This document shows, piece after piece, positions 47,897 through 57,434 of a DNA stretch of 64,000 bases. The position numbers and the translations under genes are program-made. The DNA comes from a virus. Taxonomy: Duplodnaviria; Caudoviricetes. The first letter of the stretch is position 1, and every line of letters starts with the position of its first letter. The notes below the pieces were generated by a model that was given only the letters and a program-made list of their open reading frames with translations, did not search any database and was not told the DNA's origin. The stretch lies in the IMG/VR virus record IMGVR_UViG_2894625894_000003, positions 1 through 64,000 of that record; one strand, written 5' to 3'.

Positions 47897-49168
47897 TTAT
47901 TGAGTGAGTGATTGAAGAAGAGAGTTACTGACTTGACGGGGATAATAAACGACCTTTCGAATCCAGGCACAGAGATTGTTTGTTCCGTTCGGGTTTGACC
48001 CTAAGGAAATCTGGGTAACTGAACCGATACTTGTTGCACTAGTATTGGGTGTTAAGCCTTCTCGCGTAAGCACACGATTTGAAGACGAATAACTCATTCC
48101 GTGCCGAACGGTGCCTGTACTCGTAACCCCTTGCTTAGTAAAAGAAGCCGTCCCATTGTAACTTTCAGTATCCTGTTGACCTGTTGATCGGATCCCTAAG
48201 AAGTTGTTCGCACCATCATAGCCAATAATTCTGGCCGTAACTCTTTGGCCAAGCACCGTTTCAGCAATCCAGGTACCCTGCGAGGGATTAAACCAATTGA
48301 GGTTATTTAATAGGCATAAATCACCTGATCTTGTAACCGAACTCGCTGCTGTGGGGATGTACGAGGTTACGAATGCGCCTGATTCGAGTTGAGCACCAAA
48401 TAAATATAGCCCTTCACCGCCTGACAGATTTGTCGGTGCCTCTTCACCACTTGTACCCACAAGGCAAACTCCTGTCACATTTGTGCCTGTAGCTTCTGTT
48501 ATGGTTCTGGTTGCCCATATTCTATACCACCCGTTACCAACAGACTGATAACCGTAAGACTGGTAAGAAGATAGGTTTGAGCCACCCCAAGTAAGGGTAG
48601 TCAAATTGAACATGGCGTGAGTCCCTGTACTTGCAACCCTAAGGCCGACATAATCGTAGTTATACCGTTTTACGAATGCAGAAACGGTATAGGTTGCACC
48701 ATTTGTTAGGGTTAGAGACTGTCGAACAAAACAGTGTAGCTTACTGGTATTAGTAGTAAACAAAGCGGCATTAGTTGTGCCTGTAGGAGATACTTCGACA
48801 TTATCCGTAACAACTGCAACACCACCCCCTTTTGTCCAGGTCCCATTCGCGAAGTTTTCACTGCGCAGAAACAGATTCGTCCTCGACTCCTCAATCAAAA
48901 TCCCCCTCGCCTGCAACGTAACAGGATCGTAATCAAATCGAGGCTGGTTAGCCGCTACAGTTTCGATTAACCCTGTTGAATTAGTTCGAGTACCGATACT
49001 GTTTCGAGTAAATGTCAATCGAGAATCTAATGTCTCCGTATTGGTGAACGACAAATTCAGACTCGGAGTAAACTGGCTGATTGTACCTGACAGCTGGGCC
49101 GAACAGGTACCTATATACGTCATCAGGATAAACATCCAGACGACGAGTTTTTTCAGGAAATGCTTCAT
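47897..49168 (-). CDS. head-spike/fibre-like protein with lectin-like C-domain and Sec signal peptide
   Basis: TFTRNS, NQPRFDYDP, GILIEESRTNL, GNGWYR, GAQLE..TSYIPT; N-terminus MKHFLKKLVVWMFILMTYIGTCSA|Q. Confidence 0.8.
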   Translation of the reverse strand: MKHFLKKLVVWMFILMTYIGTCSAQLSGTISQFTPSLNLSFTNTETLDSRLTFTRNSIGTRTNSTGLIETVAANQPRFDYDPVTLQARGILIEESRTNLFLRSENFANGTWTKGGGVAVVTDNVEVSPTGTTNAALFTTNTSKLHCFVRQSLTLTNGATYTVSAFVKRYNYDYVGLRVASTGTHAMFNLTTLTWGGSNLSSYQSYGYQSVGNGWYRIWATRTITEATGTNVTGVCLVGTSGEEAPTNLSGGEGLYLFGAQLESGAFVTSYIPTAASSVTRSGDLCLLNNLNWFNPSQGTWIAETVLGQRVTARIIGYDGANNFLGIRSTGQQDTESYNGTASFTKQGVTSTGTVRHGMSYSSSNRVLTREGLTPNTSATSIGSVTQISLGSNPNGTNNLCAWIRKVVYYPRQVSNSLLQSLTQ

Positions 49169-51084
49169 TATTGTTTCGAGTAGAATCCGTCGAGTTCGGT
49201 AGTCGAGCTGGCCACAATGTCGAACACAGTGACACCATCTACAGCGGTGTTGAGATCAACAGTAGCACCGCCAGGGAATCGGATGGCTGCCGGCAGGGTG
49301 AGTGTATAGCCTCCGGCTCCTCCCTGCTTGACGCGGAGGTATAGGTGTTTACCAGCTGTGTAGTTCGTCAGGGTAATCGTCGTGTTACCGGTGATTGTAA
49401 TGTAGTGGTACACGTTGTCCGAGAGGGACATGTCGATCGTGTACGTAGTAGCAACAGAGGTGTTTGTTGTTGTTAGGTTTGAACCACGTACTCCACCAAG
49501 AAATGAACCACCCCCGTAACTCTTCAGAAATATAGGAGTAGTACTGTTACCCAAAAACAGCGTATTATTCTGTGTTCCCGTTTCTCCATTACCGGCATCT
49601 ACACCAAGAAATATATTATTACTTCCAGTAAATCCAGCAGCAACATTTCGACCTGCATTATACCCTAAGAACGTGTTATTGCTTAAAGTTGCATAGATAG
49701 AATTAAATCCTGCTGATCTACCTACTGCTGTATTATTGGCACCAGTACTTACTTGTTGAAGTGCTGATTCTCCAATAACTGTATTAAATGCTCCTGTTGT
49801 TAGTGCTGTACTGGCACTACTACCTACAATAGTGTTTCCAGCCCCGGTTAATGTTATATTTCCATTGCCACCTAGAAATAAGTTATTAGTGCCCGGAGTT
49901 TTAGCTAAATCAACACCTCCTAATGTATATTTCCCTGTTACATCGATGCCAGAAGATGTAGCAATTAAAACATTGGTTCCTGCTTGTTGTAAGCGAACAC
50001 CAGATGCAGCACCGTTTATAGTAACTAATCCATTCCCTCCATTTGCATTAATTGCAAAGTCACCTCCTGTTGATGCTGCACTTGCATAGCCGATAGTACC
50101 TTGATAGGAGCCGTCATTCCCACGTGCAAAATTTATTTGTCCGGCATTATTCGTACTACCGAAATAATGGTTTCGAGTTGTTAGGCTTAGTGAACCGGGA
50201 CCGCCAATTATGCCATTGGTGTACGTATTGCCTGTAAATTCTGCAATGTTCGTACTAGATACCTGAGTAGTAGAACCGAATGTCCAGCCGCCGTTTTCCT
50301 GCATTTTTGAGAATGCATTAACGGCGTTGTTTCTGAATAAAATGCCGCTACTACCAGTTCTGGCACTTAATACCTCAGTAAATACAGTGCCTATTCTTGC
50401 ACCACCAAATGCCTTTCCTGATATACCGACATTCCCACCTCCATCAGTTGGTGGATAAACATCGTTGCCGACCTGAATAGGCTGATTAAACGTAACAGCT
50501 CCCGTACTGATGAAGTTAACAACACCTGCATCGGTGATAGCCATGTAACCCGTGTTGCCGAAATTTCTGAATGCTGTTGTTAGACCTGTTTTCCCTCGGA
50601 ATATTTGGGAATAAATCTGGTTATCAACCGTTAGGTCCCGACTGAAAAAAGCATCCCGCCAGCGAGTAGTTAAGTTACCGAAGTCGTAGCCATTGTCAAC
50701 ACCTGGGAACAACGAGTTAGCTACCGTGAAATTACCCGTATTAGCCGCTAGATAAATCCCATTGGTGGCCCCGTGTCGAAACACAATACTCCTGTTACCA
50801 CCAGCCTGTATCGTAATACCAGCCTGAGCTGATGTCTGATCATTGATGACTAGCTGGGTAGCACTACCCCCCATGGCGGCTGTCGTTGCCGTTCCGAGAT
50901 TCAAGCCACCTACAACGGTGAGGCTGTTGAACTGCCCTGTCGATCCGGCTACAACCAGTGTCTTCCAGGCTGTTGCTACATTAGGACGGTATTCTAGCTT
51001 TCCGTTATTTTCCCGAAACCCTACCTGGCTAAATCCAGGCAGACCGGTTAACAACAGGGCCAGTAATACAAGATACTTTTTCAT
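49168..51084 (-). CDS. Gly/Asn/Thr-rich tail-fibre/adhesin-like protein with Sec signal peptide
   Basis: YDFGNLTTRW fibre motif, NTxxG beta-roll repeats, KQGGAGGYTLT C-domain; N-terminus MKKYLVLLALLLTGLPGFS|Q. Confidence 0.8.
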   Translation of the reverse strand: MKKYLVLLALLLTGLPGFSQVGFRENNGKLEYRPNVATAWKTLVVAGSTGQFNSLTVVGGLNLGTATTAAMGGSATQLVINDQTSAQAGITIQAGGNRSIVFRHGATNGIYLAANTGNFTVANSLFPGVDNGYDFGNLTTRWRDAFFSRDLTVDNQIYSQIFRGKTGLTTAFRNFGNTGYMAITDAGVVNFISTGAVTFNQPIQVGNDVYPPTDGGGNVGISGKAFGGARIGTVFTEVLSARTGSSGILFRNNAVNAFSKMQENGGWTFGSTTQVSSTNIAEFTGNTYTNGIIGGPGSLSLTTRNHYFGSTNNAGQINFARGNDGSYQGTIGYASAASTGGDFAINANGGNGLVTINGAASGVRLQQAGTNVLIATSSGIDVTGKYTLGGVDLAKTPGTNNLFLGGNGNITLTGAGNTIVGSSASTALTTGAFNTVIGESALQQVSTGANNTAVGRSAGFNSIYATLSNNTFLGYNAGRNVAAGFTGSNNIFLGVDAGNGETGTQNNTLFLGNSTTPIFLKSYGGGSFLGGVRGSNLTTTNTSVATTYTIDMSLSDNVYHYITITGNTTITLTNYTAGKHLYLRVKQGGAGGYTLTLPAAIRFPGGATVDLNTAVDGVTVFDIVASSTTELDGFYSKQ

Positions 51085-51086
51085 AG

Positions 51087-51317
51087 TTAAATGTTGGATA
51101 GATCGAGTACCAGTGGTTTAAGGCTGGTTGGTGTTTTCTGGTAGGTAGTATCCGTTTCCAGGATATAAACCAGGGTAGCTCGGGTGACCGTCAAGTCAGT
51201 GGCATCCTGGAGCGTGGTCACCGTGATCAGACCGGATCCACCTGACTGGTTTTGTTCCAGCTGGTTTATTCGGGCCTGTGCACAGCGTAGCATGTTGGTA
51301 AGCTGTGTGGTAGTCAT
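51087..51317 (-). CDS. small virion-module protein
   Basis: RINQLE motif followed by an SGGSG linker. Confidence 0.65.
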   Translation of the reverse strand: MTTTQLTNMLRCAQARINQLEQNQSGGSGLITVTTLQDATDLTVTRATLVYILETDTTYQKTPTSLKPLVLDLSNI

Positions 51318-51328
51318 GTAAGGAAGGG

Positions 51329-52039
51329 TTAACCCAAACGGGCAATTCGGCCCCGTACGGCAAAAGAACCCGCCGGAGGGGTGATAACATCACTAGCGGG
51401 GGTATAATCGAGAGCTTTAAGAAAATCGGCTACAAAGCGGTGTCCCACCTGATTGATATGGAGCCCTTCCGCTGACATCTGATTGAGGTTGGGGGCCAGC
51501 TGCATGGCGTGGTAAACATCGGCCAGCACACAGTGCTGTTGCCTGGCAACATCAATAGCAGCCTGTACGTAGGCATCCGCTATTTCCCGGGTGGGTGCCT
51601 GGGTAACCCCACACTCCCCGACTGAAAATCCCAAATTCGGAAACCAGTAGCCCGTATGAATGACAATGTCTTCCGCCTGCCACCCCTTTTCTATACAGCC
51701 CAGTACAGCACGGTTTAAGGTCAATTTAAAATTGGTGGGGTTAAGCAGGTTCGTAATATTGATTAACAGGTCATTGGTTCCGTAGGCTAAAAAGAGTCGG
51801 CCATGAGCCGAAGTTTTTTCAGGCACCAGTTCAACGTCAAACCAGGCCCGATTACACCCCAGGGTGGAAACTGTAGACTGCAAACATGCCCCACCCACAC
51901 CCTGGTTATCTTCGATGCCGTTTCGTTCCGCACATAACAAGCTACTCCACCGATTGGCGTAGCCACCGGCCAGATACCCCTCCGTCATGGAATCTCCAAA
52001 AAAGACGGCTATCTTACCTTCAAAGTCAAGTGCTATCAT
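51329..52039 (-). CDS. SGNH/GDSL hydrolase without signal peptide
   Basis: FGDSMT, GVGG, YGTND, GLHINQVGH. Confidence 0.9.
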   Translation of the reverse strand: MIALDFEGKIAVFFGDSMTEGYLAGGYANRWSSLLCAERNGIEDNQGVGGACLQSTVSTLGCNRAWFDVELVPEKTSAHGRLFLAYGTNDLLINITNLLNPTNFKLTLNRAVLGCIEKGWQAEDIVIHTGYWFPNLGFSVGECGVTQAPTREIADAYVQAAIDVARQQHCVLADVYHAMQLAPNLNQMSAEGLHINQVGHRFVADFLKALDYTPASDVITPPAGSFAVRGRIARLG

Positions 52040-52773
52040 GGGTAAAGGGTCAATTTAGGAGCATACACTTTCCCCGAGTTGTTCATCGACAGCATCAAAT
52101 ACACGTTACCAATCATGGGTGTCAGGGTAAGTATATCGATCCAGGTGATGTTGTCATTAGACTCCTGGAGTTTAACTGCCCCATCAGCTTCCCGGATGAT
52201 ACCCACATAGGTAACTACCGTGTTTTTGACGGTTGTCTGTACGTTGTTTTCCCATCGAAGTATCCGCTGATTACCCTGGAAGTACGATAGTTGAATGGAA
52301 TCCACAAAGTCAGTATGATTACCAGTGCCGGTGGTACTCAAGCCCAGGATAAAATCAGAATCAGTATTATCGGCTCTCATCCATACCCGACCTTTCTTGC
52401 CATCAGGTATAACCTGTTGAGCGGGAGCCGCCGTGTGGTAGGTTGGCCCCGACTGATACGTAATGGTAGTAGCTGTTTCCGTATAAGCATTACCAAACGT
52501 CAAAGGAGTTGACGTAGGAATGGTTGGCCCCGAGCCACCCCCTCCGCCCCCAATGACACTTAGGGGATTCGCTGCCGTTCCGACACCAGCAAAGTGTTCC
52601 TCGTTAAAGTAGATGGCTGCCTCCTGGAGTTTCTGATCGACAAAACTTTCCAGACTACCTCCCGATGGTATTGATCCCGTACCGGATTCCAGGGCGGCTA
52701 CACGGGCAGCTAATCGACACAGATCGCGGTGCATGGCGGGTATATCATAAAACGACGGTCGACGGAGATTCAT
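52036..52773 (-). CDS. fibre-like protein with beta-rich C-domain (start 52773 or 52833)
   Basis: RVAALE, GVGTAANPL, poly-Gly linker. Confidence 0.7.
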   Translation of the reverse strand: MNLRRPSFYDIPAMHRDLCRLAARVAALESGTGSIPSGGSLESFVDQKLQEAAIYFNEEHFAGVGTAANPLSVIGGGGGGSGPTIPTSTPLTFGNAYTETATTITYQSGPTYHTAAPAQQVIPDGKKGRVWMRADNTDSDFILGLSTTGTGNHTDFVDSIQLSYFQGNQRILRWENNVQTTVKNTVVTYVGIIREADGAVKLQESNDNITWIDILTLTPMIGNVYLMLSMNNSGKVYAPKLTLYP

Positions 52774-52877
52774 AAAATGATTGGGTGGAGAGAAAGCAAT
52801 TACCAAATTTGGTAAAAACACCTTCTCATCCACCCTATTTTAGAAAAACCCAAACTGGGAATATAGCCGTTTCAACC

Positions 52878-55800
52878 TTACCGGCTGTTCTTGAAAACCA
52901 TCTGAAGGTACTGCAGCTGCTGCTCGGGATTAAGCAGTTTCATCACCTGCCAGAAGGGAGCAAAGATGGATTTATAGAGCTTGTTTTCCAGTTTATAGTC
53001 CCCCTGTTGGTACCCAGGGCCTGACCGGTTATACTGATCGTTAAACGTAAAGTTGATCCCCTCCTCCCCGTATTCAACACCCACCAACTGGCCGAGTAAT
53101 CCTACCGTGGCATCATACGAACGGATCTGGGCTAGCGGGGACTTGACGATCTGCAGGGCCTTGTCCCATGTAAATACCGGTCCCAGATGGCCTGGTACGA
53201 TATACCAGGGTAAGTACATACCCACATCATCGGCCATCCGACGGGCAAACAACTCCAGGTTCAAAAGGACCACCGACCGGTCTTCATCGTCATCATCCTC
53301 GTTGAGCGCATGTAGACCAGCGGCCAGCAATCCCATCATACCAAACACAGCCAGCTCAAAAGTTGTCCGGTACATGGCCGAGCGGAGATCCCCGGTAGCA
53401 TCTCCGTAGACAAACTGATCGAAGCCTTCCAGGTTTTTACTGAGCCGGCGCCCCGACAGAGCATCCAGAGCACCCGCTGTGGGTCTCAGGGCTACGTTCT
53501 TCAGCCCATACCAAGCCAGCTGGGCAATTCCTTTCTGGTCATAGACCTCCTTGTAGAGCTGAGCCAGGTACTGCCGGAAGTAGCCCTCTGTCACGTCCCC
53601 CGATTCCCAGTCAAACCGCCGACGGGAAAACCGGCTCCGGAAGCTGGAATAGAGATACTTCTTGAACATCATGGCCATCTTGCCCAGCCATCTTCGCTGG
53701 AGCATCCCCTTATCGAGTTTGTTGTAGTGGCCATGCAGTTCCTTATTAACCGAGTGGAGCCGTCTCTGGAAATCCCGCAGTATCTCATCCGAGACCTCAC
53801 TGGACCAGCTTACTACCTCACCTGGCTGGTGTTCGACCGCTTCCCACAATGATTTACCGGAAGGGAGTTTGTAGCCCCGCATGAGCTGGACCATCGACTG
53901 GGTCTGGATCAGGTGTTCGGCTCCCGACTGAGTCCAATACAAGGCTCGGTCCTGCATCTTCTGGGCATTACCGATACGGCTTAATTCCCCAAACTCGTCG
54001 ATGGCCTCCCCCTGGATGGCATCAAAATACAACGTCAGCTGACCCAGCTTTGACTTTTTATTCAGACTGGGCTCCCGCAGGTCCTTGAAGAAATCCCCGT
54101 TCCGCATGGCCGTCCAGTAGTCTCCCATTGCTGCCTTGGCATCGGCCGCCGTCGAGTACCGACCCGAGATCGCTTCACTCCAGTTGGAGAACAGCCCCAT
54201 CCCTACGTTGCCAAACATGGAGGTTACGTTCCAGGCCAGGGATGTAAAGGAGGCATAACCCATCATTCCCTGAGCCGCCTTGTTAAGATCCAGATTGCCG
54301 AAGCCCGGCATATTCAAGAAGGCCTCGTGGGTTTCCTCTCCGTAAACGACATCATCGATAAATTCCAGGAGCTTCTGATTCAGCCGGGGACCCTGGGTCT
54401 TGAGTCGGTTGTCAAGACCTTCCAGCAATTTCCGACCCCGGGCTGGTAGCCCTTCCGGGTTGTATTGGGTAGCTGTCCGGGCATTGATGCCCAGTAGAGA
54501 ATCCCCCGCAACCAGCGTTCGTAGTAACTGTACCTGGGGCTCCAGTTGCCGCATGGACCGGTATTGGTTGGCCCCCATCCGGTAGGCCATTACCGATCGA
54601 AACAGATCCATCTCCAGTTTATCCTCGTCAATGAACTGTACGTGACGAACCGGGATCCGCCGGACTGGGTCATTGTTGAGATACTGTTCGACGGCGGGAC
54701 GCCCGGTTGCCTGATCCGGTTGGTTAAGCTGTAGGTTCTGCCAGTAGTCCAATTTCAATACCCCCCGGAGCCAGTCCCAAAAACCGTCCCACCGGGATTT
54801 AGCCAGTTGGGTAGCGGAGGTTTCGATAGCTGCCACCTGGGGTAGGATGCCGTGTTTGAGGCCGACTCCCCCCAGCTTATAACCCGCTCCGTCCCAGGCC
54901 GCATAGAGTTTCTGATAATAACCCAACATGGGCTCATCCTGGCGGAGGTTTTGCCAGGCCTGTTTACTGAGTCCGGCAAAGCCCCCCGCTTCCACGTGGT
55001 ACTGGTCTTTGCGGAGCCGTTGCATGTCCCCGCCCCAGTAAGCATAGCCCACTACGTTCTGATGAGCCGTAGCACTACTAAGGTTAACCCACTCCCATTG
55101 CCGGCTTTCCCCAACCTGTTTCTGGACCAGCAGATAGCGGTTAGCCCCATCGTGATAGCCCGCGAGGTTATCAACCCAGTCGGCATTCTTTTTATCCTTC
55201 CAGGAAGCAAACAACTTGGCCACATCCTGGTCTTCCCGAATCCGCTGGTAGCTGGTATTGTTCCGCAGGTAATTAGACAGATGCTCGGTTGTGGGCTGGG
55301 TAGGCCTGCCCTGCCGGTCCAATACCCCATTCTCGTGGAGTTTCTGTAGCCGCTCGGTACCGGTGACGGTCTCCTGGTGTTCCCCGTAGAACTGGCCAAT
55401 CAGTGTATTTTTTATGTTCCGGCGGAGCAGGTAGGGTTTGTCTTTGGACCAGGCCCAGTCCTTCAGCACGGGTTCGGTGGTTTTCTGCCCCTTGCGGAAA
55501 TTATCGAATAACCGGGTACGAATGGCATCATACGCCGGATTACCCTGACGACTAAGCAGGAAGTTAAACAAGGCCCGATCATCCGGCACCCCGTCTTCCT
55601 GTGGCATCACGATGTCCCATAGCGCGGATACCCGGCCAGGCAGCTGGTTATAGAAAGCCGTCTGGTGAGCTTCCCATTTGGCCGTATCAAACTCAGTCAG
55701 AAAGGCCTTTTTGCGGTGAGCTTTAAGCTGCCTGGTTTCCCCAAAGACCGTAACCGGTATGACTGGGTTGCCCGCTTCGATCCAGGCCTCATCAGCCTCC

Positions 55801-57434
55801 TGGCCCGATACGTGAGGAACCAGAATAGAGTGAGTCATGGCCTGGTGCTTGTCCCGGATTTCGGAGGCCGACAGCCCCTGACTCTCCCAGCCCAGCTCGT
55901 CGCGGACAGCCGAGAGTTTTTGGGCAATTTCTACTGTTTCTCCGTGAGCCTGATAGACCGCATCGGATACAATACTGGCTACACCAGCCAGCACCGGATC
56001 GTGGGACTTAACGGCCGCATCGACCCAGGTTTTAACGAAGTCCTCATCCCGGTCGGCATTCCTGAGCAAATCCTTCAGTTTCTTCTTGTCGAGCAGGAAG
56101 GCTTCGTCGGGATGGGTTTCATTCGGGTGGTCTTTCTTCCAGGCCTCGATTGTCTTACGAATGTCGGTTTGCCGGCTTTCCAGCGTAGGCCATAACCAGT
56201 CTTCTACCAGCTGGTAGTGAATGTCAGTCAATTGGTCCCGCAGCACTCCGTACTTAGCGACAGCCGAATCCAGGATGGTATCAATGGTTCGAATCCGGTA
56301 GGTATCAAAGAGTTTCTTGAGGTCTTCGGTAAACTGCTGCCCGTCAGCTACCGTTAGATCCGAAGAGTCGGTACCAAATCGTTCCTGAATTAACCGGAAC
56401 AGGGCCTCTTCCGAGACAGCCGGCGACGAGAGTAATTCATTGATGGAAGCGACCGATGAAGACAGGAGTTTCCCTTCCAGTAAATCCGTTAGGGCATCCC
56501 GGAATTCTGGTCCCAGATTCAGTGTCGAGCGGGCAGACGGCTTGTAGCCCGCTGCTGCCATCTCCTGGCGGAGTTGCACAATCCCGTTAAACAGGTACAG
56601 GTAATGCTTGGACTTGCCAATCTGACGGGCTAGTTGTTTGAGCTCATCTACTTTCTCGGAGGCCTCAAGATCCGTGTTAGCCTGTAAGGCTTTAAATCGG
56701 GCCAGTACCCCTTTTTGAGGGTCAAAGAAATTCTGGTCGATCTTATCCAGCCAGTTGGTAGTCTCCACCACGTACTTGGACAGCGATTCAGCCATTGCCT
56801 CCGTCGTATTATCAGTAAGCTGGGCCACCTGGGCAAAGAGCCGGTTGCTGGTTAGCCGCTTGTCAGGAGACTCAATAGCCCGCTGGGCAATATTCTGGGC
56901 GTAGGTCTGTAGGGTAGATTTGAGTCGGGTGAATTTATCCTTGAACCAGTCAGCATGTTCACCGACATATTCAGTCCATTCGTCCTGAATCGACTGTTGG
57001 TGATCGGCATTGATCTGATCCGTCAGTAGTGTCTGCAGGTCACGGTCCGAGAGGTCCGCTACAGGGGCGGGCTCGTTGACCTGAATTTGATCGGCTGGAC
57101 TAGCCAGCGGCCGGACATCGACGGCTAATGCCCAGATGGGATTCCCCTGAGCGTCGGTTCGGGGAATGATCCGCAGGATGTCGTCGAGTACGCCGTGCTC
57201 AGCCTGCAGCCGCTGGTTGATCGTCTGGATGAGGGGCTGCTGGCGGGTAAACAAACCCGAAGTGGGATGGCCTACCCGCAGGAATCCCTCTCGCACCGGA
57301 AATAGCGGGGAGGTCGTATCCTGGGGATCGACGGCAGCCCGTATTTCCCGGGCTGTGTCGTTGTGGAGTTGACGGAGCCGGCTTAGTTCCGGCCCCGTAT
57401 AGTGGTTGTCTAAGTAGGGTATTTTACAGGACAT
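52878..57434 (-). CDS. giant virion cargo/ejection-like protein
   Basis: 1518 aa, helical, directly downstream of the virion RNAP; HGHYN, MMFKKY and EGYF motifs; C-terminal hydrophobic helix. Confidence 0.7.
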   Translation of the reverse strand: MSCKIPYLDNHYTGPELSRLRQLHNDTAREIRAAVDPQDTTSPLFPVREGFLRVGHPTSGLFTRQQPLIQTINQRLQAEHGVLDDILRIIPRTDAQGNPIWALAVDVRPLASPADQIQVNEPAPVADLSDRDLQTLLTDQINADHQQSIQDEWTEYVGEHADWFKDKFTRLKSTLQTYAQNIAQRAIESPDKRLTSNRLFAQVAQLTDNTTEAMAESLSKYVVETTNWLDKIDQNFFDPQKGVLARFKALQANTDLEASEKVDELKQLARQIGKSKHYLYLFNGIVQLRQEMAAAGYKPSARSTLNLGPEFRDALTDLLEGKLLSSSVASINELLSSPAVSEEALFRLIQERFGTDSSDLTVADGQQFTEDLKKLFDTYRIRTIDTILDSAVAKYGVLRDQLTDIHYQLVEDWLWPTLESRQTDIRKTIEAWKKDHPNETHPDEAFLLDKKKLKDLLRNADRDEDFVKTWVDAAVKSHDPVLAGVASIVSDAVYQAHGETVEIAQKLSAVRDELGWESQGLSASEIRDKHQAMTHSILVPHVSGQEADEAWIEAGNPVIPVTVFGETRQLKAHRKKAFLTEFDTAKWEAHQTAFYNQLPGRVSALWDIVMPQEDGVPDDRALFNFLLSRQGNPAYDAIRTRLFDNFRKGQKTTEPVLKDWAWSKDKPYLLRRNIKNTLIGQFYGEHQETVTGTERLQKLHENGVLDRQGRPTQPTTEHLSNYLRNNTSYQRIREDQDVAKLFASWKDKKNADWVDNLAGYHDGANRYLLVQKQVGESRQWEWVNLSSATAHQNVVGYAYWGGDMQRLRKDQYHVEAGGFAGLSKQAWQNLRQDEPMLGYYQKLYAAWDGAGYKLGGVGLKHGILPQVAAIETSATQLAKSRWDGFWDWLRGVLKLDYWQNLQLNQPDQATGRPAVEQYLNNDPVRRIPVRHVQFIDEDKLEMDLFRSVMAYRMGANQYRSMRQLEPQVQLLRTLVAGDSLLGINARTATQYNPEGLPARGRKLLEGLDNRLKTQGPRLNQKLLEFIDDVVYGEETHEAFLNMPGFGNLDLNKAAQGMMGYASFTSLAWNVTSMFGNVGMGLFSNWSEAISGRYSTAADAKAAMGDYWTAMRNGDFFKDLREPSLNKKSKLGQLTLYFDAIQGEAIDEFGELSRIGNAQKMQDRALYWTQSGAEHLIQTQSMVQLMRGYKLPSGKSLWEAVEHQPGEVVSWSSEVSDEILRDFQRRLHSVNKELHGHYNKLDKGMLQRRWLGKMAMMFKKYLYSSFRSRFSRRRFDWESGDVTEGYFRQYLAQLYKEVYDQKGIAQLAWYGLKNVALRPTAGALDALSGRRLSKNLEGFDQFVYGDATGDLRSAMYRTTFELAVFGMMGLLAAGLHALNEDDDDEDRSVVLLNLELFARRMADDVGMYLPWYIVPGHLGPVFTWDKALQIVKSPLAQIRSYDATVGLLGQLVGVEYGEEGINFTFNDQYNRSGPGYQQGDYKLENKLYKSIFAPFWQVMKLLNPEQQLQYLQMVFKNSR

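Noticed and set aside
56284-56300. GGTTCGAATCC tRNA T-loop-like sequence
   Set aside because: It lies inside the 1518-aa CDS and no cloverleaf can be formed around it.
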